Positions 1-9,924 of a DNA stretch of 48,000 nt are shown here, piece after piece (positions within the stretch are counted from its first letter, which is position 1; each line of letters opens with the position of its first letter). The stretch comes from Anabaena sp. WA102 (GTDB lineage: Bacteria > Cyanobacteriota > Cyanobacteriia > Cyanobacteriales > Nostocaceae), in NCBI RefSeq assembly GCF_001277295.1, contig NZ_CP011456.1, forward strand, positions 3,867,783-3,915,782, given 5' to 3'. The position numbers and the translations under genes are program-made. Under the pieces are notes generated by a model. That model searched no databases. It saw only the letters and a program-made list of their open reading frames with translations, and had not been told where the DNA came from.

Positions 1-227
1 TGCAATAAAGGATCACGAAGCATAGAAATCAAAGGCGGAGTCATACTCATGGTGAGTTTAAAATCAACGCCATCTCGTTTTAAGCCTTCAAATACTTTTA
101 ATAAAGGAATGTAAGTTTCAGTAATCGCTTCATACAGCCATTCTTCTTCTAGCACATAATCACTTCCGGGGTGACGAACGAAGGGCAGGTGTGCGTGAAG
201 TACAAGCGCGACGTAGCCTATAGACAT
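1..227 (-). CDS. Glycoside hydrolase family 57 protein (alpha-glucan branching-enzyme type), N-terminal ~75 codons; gene runs off the left edge
   Basis: Own translation of the minus strand from ATG (complement of 225-227): MSIGYVALVLHAHLPFVRHPGSDYVLEEEWLYEAITETYIPLLKVFEGLKRDGVDFKLTMSMTPPLISMLRDPLL. The LHAHLPFVRHP start and TPPL.SML pattern are typical GH57 N-termini. Absent from the ORF track because it is truncated. Confidence 0.7.
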   Translation of the reverse strand, partial: MSIGYVALVLHAHLPFVRHPGSDYVLEEEWLYEAITETYIPLLKVFEGLKRDGVDFKLTMSMTPPLISMLRDPLL

Positions 228-428
228 AATATTTTTTATGTGTGGTACTTGGAGGTTACAGACAAAAAAGTCTGTGTGGGGAAATTAAGAATATTTTAAG
301 ACTATATGGGTCATTGGTCATGAATCCTCGGCTAATACTTAATAGAAAAATATTTTGGTCTAGCACCGCTTCGCGGAAGTTCAACGGGTGGTTAGAAACC
401 GCGTCTACACTTACTTGTGAAATCCCTT

Positions 429-479
429 AGTCCGTTTTAACGGACTTGAGCTATGAGACAGGGAATTCATTCCCTGGCG
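429..479. repeat. Dispersed double-hairpin repeat (AGTCCGTTTTAACGGACT...CAGGGAATTCATTCCCTG), copy 1 of 2
   Basis: Nearly identical 51-nt sequence recurs at 31790-31840. Contains two perfect short hairpins. Confidence 0.8.
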
Positions 480-658
480 TATTTGCAAGCTTCCCATATT
501 TGTCTGTTCATGATCAATATAATCATCAATCAAATTCGGAAATAGCCTTTTTTCCTCAATACATAAAATGATTAATTTTTACAGTGCATAAATCCTAAAT
601 TACTGATTTTCAGTAAATCAAGGTAGAATGTCCTATAAACGTCCTAACTACCAAGATT

Positions 659-2434
659 ATGAGCCTGTGCATCAATTCTAACTGCCCAAAGCCACAAAAT
701 CCCGATAATATCCTTTTTTGTCAAGCCTGTGGCTCGGAAGTCTTGCTACAACAACGTTATCGGGTACAATGTCAGTTAGGACGGGGTGGCTTTGGTGTGA
801 CTTATGAGATTAACGAAGTCAGAACCAATCAGGCTAAAGTTCTCAAAGTCTTGATTAATAACAACCCTAAAGCCGTAGAATTATTTAAACAAGAAGCTGA
901 TGTTTTAAGTCAACTCCATCATTCCGGTATTCCTCAAGTAGAATCAGACGCTTATTTTGAATATTATCCCTACAATAGCCAAAATCCAATTCATTGTTTG
1001 GTAATGGAAAAAGTTGTGGGAGAAGATTTAGAAAAATATATGCGAAAACGTGGTTTGCGTCCTATTAACCAAACTACAGCTATAGAATGGCTAAAAGATC
1101 TAATTATTATTTTAGAACAGGTACATAATAAAGACTTCTTTCATCGAGATATTAAACCACCTAATATTATGTTGCGGTCTGAAAGTGCCGAATTGGTATT
1201 AATTGATTTTGGGACTGTGAGGAAGGTAACATCTACAGTATTTAAACAACAAGGTGGTGTCACAGGAATAATTTCCGCAGGTTACACACCCTCGGAACAA
1301 ATTAATCATAATGCTGTACCTCAATCTGATTTTTTTGCTTTAGGACGGACATTTGTTTATTTACTCACAGGTAAAGAACCACTTGATCCAATCATGTATG
1401 ATTCCTATAATGAAACATTAAATTGGCGGAATCATGCACCACAAATATCATCTATGTTGGCAGATTTATTAGATGATATGATGCAGCGTTTATATAAAGA
1501 TCGTCCTCAAAACTCCCATGAGATTTTGCAAAGAATAGCAGCAATAGAAAAAGCTTTACAATCACCAAAACCTCAACCACCAAAACCTCAACCACCAATA
1601 CCTTCCAATAACCTTAAAACCTTTAGTTTTGAAGTTGTCACCACAGACGCACGGGGAAATATCACCAACCGACGCAACGCAAGCGCGAAATACTTTACAG
1701 AAGACTTAGGAAATGGTGTGACGTTGGACATGGTGGAAATCCCAGGGGGAACATTTATCATGGGTTCACCGAAAAGCGAAAAAAATAGATCCTCAAGTGA
1801 AAGTCCCCAACACCAAGTTACAGTTCCCAGTTTCTACATGGGAAAATATGAATTGACACAGGCACAGTATCAAGCTATCATAGGAACTAACGCTTCCAAC
1901 TTCAAAGGCGATAACTGCCCAGTTGAAAGAGTTAGTTGGAATGATGCAGTTGCTTTCTGTGAAAAATTAAGTCAAAAAACAGGCAAAAAATACAGATTAC
2001 CCAGTGAAGCAGAATGGGAGTATGCTTGTCGTGCCGGAACTACCACACCATTTTATTTTGGTGAAAGTATTACTCCAGATTTGGTAAATTATGATGGTGA
2101 TTATACCTATGCTTCTGCACCAAAAGGAAAATATCGTCAGCACACTACAGATGTAGGAACTTTTCCCCCTAACTCTTTTGGTTTGTACGATATGCACGGT
2201 AATGTCTGGGAATGGTGTCAAGATGACTATAAAGATAATTATATAAATGCGCCTACAGATGGCAGTGCTTTGACAAGTCCAAGCCGGAGCGCAAAGCTGC
2301 TGCGCGGTGTTTCGTGGAACGACAGTCCTGGATGTTTCCGTTCTGCTGCTCGCTTCTACATCTCCCTCGACTACAACAACAACGACCACGATATTGGTTT
2401 TCGGTTTGTGTGTAGTGGTGCGGCGAGGACTTAG
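659..2434 (+). CDS. Ser/Thr protein kinase with N-terminal zinc-ribbon-like CxxC pair, PKPQPP linker and C-terminal FGE-sulfatase (SUMF1-like) domain
   Basis: 591-aa ORF. Kinase motifs GRGGFGVTY, VLK, HRDIKPPNIML, DFG, SAGYTPSEQ. C-terminal RLPSEAEWEYACRAG ... HGNVWEWCQD ... LLRGVSWN ... RSAAR matches the FGE-sulfatase fold. Confidence 0.85.
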   Translation: MSLCINSNCPKPQNPDNILFCQACGSEVLLQQRYRVQCQLGRGGFGVTYEINEVRTNQAKVLKVLINNNPKAVELFKQEADVLSQLHHSGIPQVESDAYFEYYPYNSQNPIHCLVMEKVVGEDLEKYMRKRGLRPINQTTAIEWLKDLIIILEQVHNKDFFHRDIKPPNIMLRSESAELVLIDFGTVRKVTSTVFKQQGGVTGIISAGYTPSEQINHNAVPQSDFFALGRTFVYLLTGKEPLDPIMYDSYNETLNWRNHAPQISSMLADLLDDMMQRLYKDRPQNSHEILQRIAAIEKALQSPKPQPPKPQPPIPSNNLKTFSFEVVTTDARGNITNRRNASAKYFTEDLGNGVTLDMVEIPGGTFIMGSPKSEKNRSSSESPQHQVTVPSFYMGKYELTQAQYQAIIGTNASNFKGDNCPVERVSWNDAVAFCEKLSQKTGKKYRLPSEAEWEYACRAGTTTPFYFGESITPDLVNYDGDYTYASAPKGKYRQHTTDVGTFPPNSFGLYDMHGNVWEWCQDDYKDNYINAPTDGSALTSPSRSAKLLRGVSWNDSPGCFRSAARFYISLDYNNNDHDIGFRFVCSGAART

Positions 2435-2670
2435 TAGCCCTTTACACTCTTGCTCTTTTGCTCTCTTCTCTTTTTTTCTTTTCCCTTCTTAACCCACCGC
2501 CGTTAGGCGGAAAATATTTTTCTACAAAAATCTGGTTTTGGTGTCTGGATTCATTATAGCACAGATTTTTTATTTTGTCTGAATCAGGATATCCAGGATT
2601 TAAGGATTTACAGGATGGAAGAAGGGGTGGGATTTTGAATGTTAGGAAATTCTGTTTATTCAAGATCCCA

Positions 2671-2703
2671 ATATCCCCGACTTCTTCAAGAAGTCGGGGA
2701 TAT
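2671..2703. repeat. Perfect 15-bp-stem palindrome ATATCCCCGACTTCT-TCA-AGAAGTCGGGGATAT in the convergent kinase/rsgA gap (terminator-like hairpin)
   Basis: Read directly. Lies 16 nt beyond the rsgA stop. No clear U-tract, so terminator function is uncertain. Confidence 0.5.
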
Positions 2704-2718
2704 GAAATTTATCTAGAA

Positions 2719-3846
2719 TCAATCCTCACTGTCTTGATATAAGTTCTGTAAATCTTGTAATTGGGTTTTCCGAGAAATTCGGCGATATTTTTTACTTTCT
2801 AGTTTGGGTTCGTATTGACTCTGACCTTTACCTTTAGATATTAATTTCAGACTTGATTCGGGGTCAGCTTGTTGGTTAATATGGCTTTGATGAGCGATCG
2901 CATCATCCAGAAATTCTAAATAATGCTGATATCGTTCCCAGTCACCACTAACAGCACAGTCTGGCTCATCTTTATGGATACAATCACTAAAGCGACAATG
3001 AGCCGCTGCTAGGCGTTCTCTTGCTTCTGGGAAATAGTGAATTAATTCTTCGGGACTACAATCTAAATCTGGCTGATTAAAACCAGGAGTATCTGCTAAT
3101 AATCCACCTGTAGGCATTTCAAATAATTCTACATGACGGGTAGTATGGCGACCACGAGCTAATTTACCGGAAACTTCCCCCACGCGCAGGTTAATATCGG
3201 GAATCAAACTATTAATTAAGCTGGATTTCCCCACACCAGAAGGACCAGCAATCACAGTAATTTTATCCTGCAAATATGTGGCTATTTGGTCAATATTAAT
3301 GCTATTTTGAACGCTAATAAATAAAGGTTGATAGCCCCAAGCCAGTAAGCGATCGCTAATTTGCTGTTTTTCTTCTAAAGAGACTAAATCACATTTATTC
3401 AAACATAACAGCACATCAACGCCTGTAGACTCAGCTTTGATTAAAAATCTACTTAATTGTACAGGTTCTAAGGGAGGATCAGCAACAGCAAAAACCAGGA
3501 GAATTTGATTGACATTAGCGATCGCTGGGCGATTCAATAGACTATGACGAGGTAAAACCTCACCCACAGCCCCCCGTCCCCCTGCCCAATCTGGTTCTTC
3601 CACAATCACGCGATCGCCCACCATCACCTGCTGACCAATCTTTTTCAAGCGCGTCCTCCGCGTACAGAGGAGGATAGGGGCAGGGGGCAGAGGGCAGGGA
3701 GCAGGGGAGAAATTTGTTTCTGAGTTCTGATTTCTGATTTCTTCTGAACTCCTGACCTCCTCATCCATCTGCACCCGATAAAAATTAGCCTGTACAGCTA
3801 ACACCGTACCCAATAACTGTTTAGTAGAAATATTTTCCCCTGTCAT
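2719..3846 (-). CDS. rsgA: Ribosome small-subunit-dependent GTPase A (RsgA/YjeQ)
   Basis: Circularly permuted GTPase motifs (LNKCDL ... GPSGVGKSSLIN ... DTPGF) and a C-terminal Zn-finger (CRFSDCIHKDEPDCAV). Start at MTGEN (3846) is preferred over the ORF-track start 3894, because it forms an ATGA overlap with the upstream tusA-like stop. Confidence 0.85.
   Translation of the reverse strand: MTGENISTKQLLGTVLAVQANFYRVQMDEEVRSSEEIRNQNSETNFSPAPCPLPPAPILLCTRRTRLKKIGQQVMVGDRVIVEEPDWAGGRGAVGEVLPRHSLLNRPAIANVNQILLVFAVADPPLEPVQLSRFLIKAESTGVDVLLCLNKCDLVSLEEKQQISDRLLAWGYQPLFISVQNSINIDQIATYLQDKITVIAGPSGVGKSSLINSLIPDINLRVGEVSGKLARGRHTTRHVELFEMPTGGLLADTPGFNQPDLDCSPEELIHYFPEARERLAAAHCRFSDCIHKDEPDCAVSGDWERYQHYLEFLDDAIAHQSHINQQADPESSLKLISKGKGQSQYEPKLESKKYRRISRKTQLQDLQNLYQDSED
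3677..3765. repeat. Composite STRR-like heptamer tract inside the rsgA reading frame ((GGGGCAG)n - GAAATTTGTTT - (TGAKTTC)n)
   Basis: ggggcagggggcagagggcagggagcagggg then tgagttctgatttctgatttcttctgaactcctgacc. Encodes SSEEIRNQNSETNFSPAPCPLPPAPI in RsgA. Same architecture as the intergenic tract at 13757-13842. Confidence 0.7.
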
Positions 3847-4100
3847 GCCACAGTAACCGGACGACGGATAACCAGGGAAAAATAGCCAGTACAATCTGTA
3901 ATTTGTTCCACTTGATAACCAGCCATTGTCAGACTATCAGGAACTTGTTCTATCGGTTCACCCGGATCTAACCAGACTTCCAACAAATCGCCAGGAGGCA
4001 TCTTTTCCAGAAATAATTTTGTCCGCACAAAATTAATCGGGCAAGGAGTACCACGTAAATCGAGTTGAGCATCAGGGGTGAATACAGAAGACCCAATCAT
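3843..4100 (-). CDS. TusA/SirA-family sulfurtransferase-like small protein
   Basis: 85 aa. [21 protein letters not shown] contains the CPxP-type motif of the TusA family. ATGA overlaps with both dnaJ (upstream) and rsgA (downstream) suggest translational coupling. Confidence 0.65.
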   Translation of the reverse strand: MIGSSVFTPDAQLDLRGTPCPINFVRTKLFLEKMPPGDLLEVWLDPGEPIEQVPDSLTMAGYQVEQITDCTGYFSLVIRRPVTVA

Positions 4101-5230
4101 GACTTAAACAAGCCTCCTAAGAAACCTTCTAAACCACCCTTACCAGTTCTGTCTCCCTTAATTTTAGCCAACTTCTCCAGTAGTTCTCGTTCCTCTGGGA
4201 TGATCTTCGTGGGAATATCAATTAACACCGTCAACAGATGATCACCACGACTCACAGGATTACCCAGACGGGGAACACCACGATTTTCTAATTTCATGAT
4301 TGTATTCGGTTGAGTTCCAGAGGGAATAATTAACTCCACAGGTCCATCTACCGTATTTACCTCCAATCGGCAACCTAAAATCGCTTGTAAGTAGCTAATT
4401 TTAATTTCCGAGTTAACATTAATGCCCTCACGATGAAATTCTTCATCTTCATTGACAAACAAGTAAACGTATAAATCACCTGGAGGACCATTCCGTTGAC
4501 CCGCATCTCCTTCTTGGGAAATCCGTAGTCTTGTGCCATTGTCCACACCGGCGGGAACATTAATTTTCAGTTTCTTTGTAACCTGATTTGCGCCCTTACC
4601 ATCACAAGCATTACACTTATCTTCCACCACTGTTCCTGTGCCATCACAAGTGGGACAAGTTGATACTTGAGTAAAGCTACCAAAAGGAGTTCTTGTTACC
4701 CGTCTAACTTGACCTGAACCGCTACAGGTGCTACAAGTCCGGGGGCGAGTTCCTGATTTAGCGCCAGAACCAGTACAAACTTCACAGGTTTCTAAATGGG
4801 AAATCCGAATTTCCTTTTCTCCACCAAATACCGCTTCCCGAAAATCTAATTTCAGGTCTAAGCGCAGATCATCGCCCCGTACTGGTCCACTCCGCCGTCT
4901 TTGCTGGGGTTGTCCACCTGGAGCAAAGCCGCTGAAAATGCTCTCAAAGATATCGGCAAAACCACCCATGTCACCCATATCCTGGAAACCAGGACCAGCC
5001 GCAGCCGCGCCAGAAACACCTGCTTCACCAAAGCGGTCATAACGGGCGCGAACTTCTGGTTCAGATAGCACTTCGTAGGCGCGGTTAATTTCCTTAAATC
5101 GTTCCTCTGCCCCAGATTCTTTATTTACATCTGGGTGATACTTTCGGGCTAGGCGGCGATAAGCCTGTTTAATCTCTTCTTTCTCGGCGTCACGAGAGAC
5201 ACCCAGGGTTTCATAATAGTCTCGGGCCAT
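4097..5230 (-). CDS. dnaJ: Molecular chaperone DnaJ (type I: J domain, G/F region, four CxxCxGxG zinc motifs)
   Basis: 377 aa. DYYETLGV...HPD J domain. [32 protein letters not shown]. Confidence 0.95.
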   Translation of the reverse strand: MARDYYETLGVSRDAEKEEIKQAYRRLARKYHPDVNKESGAEERFKEINRAYEVLSEPEVRARYDRFGEAGVSGAAAAGPGFQDMGDMGGFADIFESIFSGFAPGGQPQQRRRSGPVRGDDLRLDLKLDFREAVFGGEKEIRISHLETCEVCTGSGAKSGTRPRTCSTCSGSGQVRRVTRTPFGSFTQVSTCPTCDGTGTVVEDKCNACDGKGANQVTKKLKINVPAGVDNGTRLRISQEGDAGQRNGPPGDLYVYLFVNEDEEFHREGINVNSEIKISYLQAILGCRLEVNTVDGPVELIIPSGTQPNTIMKLENRGVPRLGNPVSRGDHLLTVLIDIPTKIIPEERELLEKLAKIKGDRTGKGGLEGFLGGLFKS

Positions 5231-5757
5231 ATAGCAAGGTTAAAATTTAGAAGGAAGCAGAATTACAGAAAATACTAGCTAATAGGTTCAAGGTAACACT
5301 TTAACAAGAATACAGACTTTTAGGAGTGCAAATAGCGGGGATTAGCGTTAGTCATGCTCTTTTTTAATTTTTGTTAATAATTATTATTTTCTTGGCATTA
5401 GTGTCCACAATAATGATCATAGGGTATGTTTAAAGTGGTTGCTTAAGCGTCTGGAAAAGAGTAAATCTGTCCTTATTTTTCCTAGACCTGGGTTTTGTCT
5501 GGGATTTTTCCGCCGTTCGTAAAGACAAATTACATTAAATCGTTCCTGCTATATTATTGTGCTATTGAAGTGTGGAAAACCCACCTATTGATTATAGGTA
5601 CTAGCCGTACTATTAAATGTGGAAAACCCAACCTATACTTTTGGCTAGGTATATGGTATGGCTGTGTTAAGCAGATATTTGGCATGGTAAATTTCTAGTA
5701 CGCTGTGGCGTAAGTGAATGAACCATTCTAAATCCTCCAAAAGCCTATACTGTCTTC

Positions 5758-5796
5758 ATTTTGACTTTTGACTTTTGACTTCTGACTTTTGACTTC
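5758..5796. repeat. STRR-type heptamer tract (TTTTGAC)n
   Basis: ttttgacttttgacttttgacttctgacttttgac read directly in the dnaJ-dnaK spacer. Confidence 0.85.
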
Positions 5797-5809
5797 CGCC
5801 TTGCGGTAC

Positions 5810-5945
5810 TAAGTAGGTGAACACAATAAAACCAAACTGTGTAAGTGTAAAGAAGCGTAAAATCGCCCAAACCCTCTTCACTCTTGCCTTTTGCCTCTTG
5901 CCTTTTGCCTTGCCATAACGACAATTTTCAATGCCAACCTACTTA
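5810..5945 (+). mobile_element. MITE copy A (TA-flanked, TIR AGTAGGTKG...CCTACT, ~127-bp core), inserted into the stop codon of dnaK
   Basis: taAGTAGGTGAACACAATAAAACCAAACTGTG...GCCATAACGACAATTTTCAATGCCAACCTACTta. Homologous copies at 40385-40515 (inverted), 40701-40831 and 41382-41511. Confidence 0.8.
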
Positions 5946-7901
5946 GTCTATGGTCTCATAATCAACTTGTGAGTTATTTTCTTCATCTAAATCAACGTTG
6001 AATTGTGGTATTTGTGTATTGGGTAAGGAAGAATGATATTCTTCTGTGAGATTGATTTGCGTGACATCTTCTGATTTAGAATGTTCCTCACTAGCCTGGT
6101 TGTAAACATCTGTACCAATAGCAAAGATAGTTTGTTGGAAATCCTCTAAAAGTGTTTTAAACTTCCCTGGGGACAGATTGGAGTTGTTCATTGCGGCTTG
6201 TAGTTGTTCAACTTTCTGATTAGCCACAGCCATCAATTGCTCACTGACCAAATCGGGATTATCCCGTAATGTTGAATTATAGGTGAACAAAAGATTATTA
6301 GCTTGGTTTTTGAGTGCTACCAGTTCTTTACGTCTTTGATCTTCCTCGGCGAATAATTCAGCTTGTTTCCGCATTTGCTCAATTTCGTTGTTGCTTAAAC
6401 CGCCTGTACTTGTAATGCGGATGCTCTGTTCTCTACCTGTACCTTTATCTTGCGCCGCAACTTTGAGGATGCCATTCACATCAATTTCAAAAGCGACTTC
6501 AATTTGGGGAACGCCGCGAGGCGCAGGGGGAATGCCACTGAGGAGAAATTTGCCCAGACTTTTGTTATCTTTAGCCATAGCGCGTTCTCCTTGGAGGACA
6601 TGAACTTCTACGGAGTTTTGACCATCAACGGCTGTAGAAAATATTTGAGCTTTGCTGGTGGGTATGGTGGTATTTCGGTCAATAATTTTGGTGAATACTT
6701 CTCCTAGTGTTTCAATCCCTAAAGATAAAGGTGTGACATCTAAAAGTAACAGGGTGTCTAATTCCCCTGCCAAAACCCCAGCTTGGATAGCTGCACCCAA
6801 GGCTACGGCTTCATCAGGGTTGACGGAATGATCCGGGGTTTTACCATTGAAAAATTTAATCAGGGCGTTTTGAACGGCAGGAATGCGGGTAGAACCCCCG
6901 ACTAGAATAATCTTATCTATATTTTGTGGTTTGACTTCTGCATCCTTGAGAGCTTGCATTATGGGGGCGATTGTCCCCTCGATTAAACTCCCTGTGAGTT
7001 CTTCAAATTGGGACCGGCTGAGTTCCATTTCCAGATGTTTGGGTCCGCTGGCATCAGCCGTGATAAATGGCAGGTTAATGGAGGTAACAACCAGGCTGGA
7101 TAGTTCCACTTTGGCTTTTTCCGCGGCTTCTCGCAGGCGTTGGAGTGCCATTTTGTCTTGGGTAATGTCTATCTTCTCTTCTGCCAGGAATCGCTCCACC
7201 ATCCAGCAGACAATGGCATTATCAAAGTCGTCTCCGCCGAGATGATTATTACCACAGGTGGCTTTAACTTCAAAAACTCCATCTCCTAGTTGGAGGATAG
7301 ATACGTCAAATGTGCCTCCGCCTAAGTCAAATACTAGGATTAATTGTTCTTGATCTTGTTTGTCTAAACCGAAGGCTAGGGCGGCGGCGGTGGGTTCGTT
7401 GATAATTCTTAATACTTCTAGCCCAGCAATAGTACCTGCATCTTTTGTGGCTTGTCTTTGAGCATCTGTAAAATATGCTGGTACGGTAATTATGGCTTTT
7501 GTTACTTCGTCCCCCAGGAAATTTTCCGCGTCTTGCTTGAGTTTTTTCAAGACCATAGCGGATATTTCTTGGGGTGTGTAGTTTTGGGCGCGAATTTGGA
7601 CATCAACGGTGTTATCCCTGCCTTTGATACAATTATAAGGGACACGACCGCGCTCTAATTCTGTGTCTTCCCAACGACGACCGATAAATCTCTTGATACT
7701 GTAGACTGTGTTTTCGGCATTGGTTACAGCTTGTCGCTTGGCTAGTTGTCCGACTAGGCGATCGTTAGCTTTACCAAAGGCTACGATACTAGGGGTAGTA
7801 CGTCCACCTTCGGAGTTGGCAATTACTTTTGGTTGCCCAGCTTCCAAAACAGCGACACAACTATTTGTAGTCCCTAAGTCAATCCCAATAACTTTTCCCA
7901 T
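5943..7901 (-). CDS. dnaK: Molecular chaperone DnaK (Hsp70) with an acidic, non-canonical C-terminal tail
   Basis: 652 aa. [25 protein letters not shown] motifs. Lies between grpE and dnaJ. Confidence 0.95.
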   Translation of the reverse strand: MGKVIGIDLGTTNSCVAVLEAGQPKVIANSEGGRTTPSIVAFGKANDRLVGQLAKRQAVTNAENTVYSIKRFIGRRWEDTELERGRVPYNCIKGRDNTVDVQIRAQNYTPQEISAMVLKKLKQDAENFLGDEVTKAIITVPAYFTDAQRQATKDAGTIAGLEVLRIINEPTAAALAFGLDKQDQEQLILVFDLGGGTFDVSILQLGDGVFEVKATCGNNHLGGDDFDNAIVCWMVERFLAEEKIDITQDKMALQRLREAAEKAKVELSSLVVTSINLPFITADASGPKHLEMELSRSQFEELTGSLIEGTIAPIMQALKDAEVKPQNIDKIILVGGSTRIPAVQNALIKFFNGKTPDHSVNPDEAVALGAAIQAGVLAGELDTLLLLDVTPLSLGIETLGEVFTKIIDRNTTIPTSKAQIFSTAVDGQNSVEVHVLQGERAMAKDNKSLGKFLLSGIPPAPRGVPQIEVAFEIDVNGILKVAAQDKGTGREQSIRITSTGGLSNNEIEQMRKQAELFAEEDQRRKELVALKNQANNLLFTYNSTLRDNPDLVSEQLMAVANQKVEQLQAAMNNSNLSPGKFKTLLEDFQQTIFAIGTDVYNQASEEHSKSEDVTQINLTEEYHSSLPNTQIPQFNVDLDEENNSQVDYETID

Positions 7902-8087
7902 ACTTGAATTATTTTTAGTAAGATGCTCTACCGTAATTACTCACAAGTGGTTGTGTCTTAGCTACAGGCAATGAATTTATGCAACCTTTATTTAAAACAC
8001 ATTATAAGCGATCGCTTACACAGATGCTACCGATTTAAAAAATACCCAAAAATTTCTTGTGGTGCGGGACGAATTGCCCGCTAACCA

Positions 8088-8459
8088 TCAAGGACGGGCA
8101 GGATGCCCATCCCACAAAATTGGGTAATTTATTTTTTGGTGTTCCCTAGAAGATGTGGCATAAACTTCGGTGTAACCTCTATCACATCCAATTATTTTAC
8201 CATCGGTCTTTTTTCCAGCTTTTTGGATATCAGTTGTGTAGTGTATTTCCCATCTGCTATTACGCTTAATTAGCCTTAGCTGACACTTTATTGGTAAAGT
8301 CGTTGGTAACTTGAGAGTTTTACATGGAGTTAATCCTCCAAAACGCAACCACACCACACCTTTGTCGTCCATCTTAGTATCATAAGCCTTCACAATAATT
8401 TGGTTACAAACTTTTGTGTGACCTCGATACCAAAACTTTCTATACTGCAAACGGTTCAT
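8088..8459 (-). pseudogene. Truncated TnpB (IS200/IS605-superfamily OrfB) fragment ending just after the first RuvC motif
   Basis: 123 aa. ...RWEIHYTTDIQKAGKKTDGKIIGCDRGYTEVYATSS resembles the TnpB wedge/RuvC-I (GxDxG) region. The ORF then reads into a small palindromic repeat (8056-8125) and stops. No RuvC-II/III or Zn finger follows. Confidence 0.55.
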
Positions 8460-8584
8460 AGTTTAACCAAATATGAAACCCCTCTGGTAAACCTCTCCCC
8501 GTTGCGGGGAGAGGCTTTGAACCTTGTTCTTTGTATGATAAAAAAGTCCAGTTTCATGGACTTGGTTTGCTACGTCTTTTACTA

Positions 8585-9189
8585 TTATACCCCCATTGAC
8601 TCATATTGACTACTATTTGTTTCATGAATATTTTGCTCTTCGGCTATTTTTTTCTTGTAAGCCCGAAGAAAGTAAAGTTTGGCGGAAAAGCAGTGCATGA
8701 TAGCCATAAAATCCTGCATCAACTCTTCGCGCGGCGATAGCTTGGCATTGTTCACCACAACAATTTTGCAGCCGTGAAGGTTGCAAAACCACTCAACGAA
8801 CTCAAAACCAAATCTGCATAACCTGTCCTTATGTCCCACGACAATTTCAGAGATTTGATTCTGGGCAACTTGAGTCATTAATTTAAGAAAGTTTTTCCGC
8901 TTCCAGTTCATGCCACTAGCAACATCCTTGACGACTCGACATCCTGGGTAAGTTTTGCCTAAAAATTCTATTTGTGTGTCAAGGTCTAACAACTGGGTTT
9001 TTGTGCTGACACGGGCGTAAAGAACCCGCTCTTTATCCGTTGGAACTGTTTTGATAAAGGCTGACTCTGGATATCTCCGGTGTCCCCCAGGGAAATACAT
9101 TCTATTTTCCCTAAGTCAGCCCATTCTGCCGTCGTCTTAGGGTGATAGCCAAATTGTTTGTAAACTTGTTCTGGGGTTAGGTATTTCAT
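8585..9189 (-). pseudogene. IS607-type serine-recombinase transposase (MerR-like HTH + resolvase domain), split by a frameshift near 9095-9105
   Basis: The 8986-9189 frame gives MKYLTPEQVYKQFGYHPKTTAEWADLGKIE (HTH). The 8585-9100 frame gives FPGGHRRYPES...VLYARVSTKTQ (catalytic Ser region). The two halves are normally one protein. The frames differ by 1 nt around tttccctggggga. Confidence 0.65.
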
Positions 9190-9249
9190 CTTTCGGTTAA
9201 ATACGATTAACCCCAGTATACTACGTTATTTTGAGATTAGAGAGTATGG

Positions 9250-9924
9250 CTAACCGTTATCTTGATTGGACAAATCTTCTGAGTCCACAGATATATCTTC
9301 TCTCGGTGCAGCTACTTTTACCATCGCATGGCGGAGTACACGATCGCCAAAATAATAGCCCCGAACTAACTCTTCTAAAATAGTTCCTTCTGGATGTTCG
9401 TCGGTTGGTTCTCGCATCACAGCTTCATGCAAATTCGGGTCAAATTCTTGACCTTCAGGGCGCATGGGTGCTACACCTAAACGTTTGAGACAATCCACCA
9501 ATTGTTTATAAACCCCTTGATAGCTCTTATGAATTGTCATTTCACCATCGCCTTGGGGTTTGAGGTGCGCTCGCGCTCGTTCAAAATTATCAACGACAGG
9601 TAGCAATTCCGTAATTGTGTTGCGCTTTACCTGTAAGTCAATTTCTTCTTTTTCTTTGGCAGTTCGTTTGCGGTAATTCTCAAAATCTGCGGCAATTCGC
9701 ATATATTGAGTGCTACGGTCTTCTAATTGAGCTTTGAGAGTTTCAATTTGCTGAGATAAATCTGCTAAGACAGCGATATCTACTTCAATGGGATTGGCTG
9801 TAGCACTACCATTTTCTTCAGTGAGTATATTATCTCCCTGTTCATTTATTTGGTTTGCTACTTGCTCATTAGCTTCGCTGCTAGAGTCTTGGGGGTTAAT
9901 TTCGGACGGGGAGTCACTTTTCAT
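9250..9924 (-). CDS. grpE: Nucleotide exchange factor GrpE
   Basis: 224 aa. [12 protein letters not shown]...[11 protein letters not shown]...[16 protein letters not shown] is the GrpE signature. Confidence 0.9.
   Translation of the reverse strand: MKSDSPSEINPQDSSSEANEQVANQINEQGDNILTEENGSATANPIEVDIAVLADLSQQIETLKAQLEDRSTQYMRIAADFENYRKRTAKEKEEIDLQVKRNTITELLPVVDNFERARAHLKPQGDGEMTIHKSYQGVYKQLVDCLKRLGVAPMRPEGQEFDPNLHEAVMREPTDEHPEGTILEELVRGYYFGDRVLRHAMVKVAAPREDISVDSEDLSNQDNG

Noticed and set aside
242-430. 62-aa ORF upstream of the kinase
   Set aside because: It starts with a non-ATG codon, runs into the dispersed double-hairpin repeat at 429-479, and has no motif. It is more likely promoter or UTR sequence.
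4375-5042. ORFs 4375-4560(-), 4728-5042(+) and 4858-5040(-) inside or antisense to dnaJ
   Set aside because: They are fully embedded in the strongly supported dnaJ gene and have low-complexity or odd composition (P/R/S-rich). They are typical shadow ORFs of a GC-skewed coding region.
5495-5698. 67-aa ORF in the dnaJ-dnaK spacer
   Set aside because: It has a non-ATG start and covers direct repeats (gtggaaaacccacctat / gtggaaaacccaacctat). No motif is present, and it lies in repeat-rich non-coding DNA.
6388-7974. Five plus-strand ORFs (6388-6603, 6450-6707, 6883-7245, 7452-7658, 7708-7974) opposite dnaK
   Set aside because: These are antisense shadows of a highly conserved Hsp70 gene and show no recognisable motifs.
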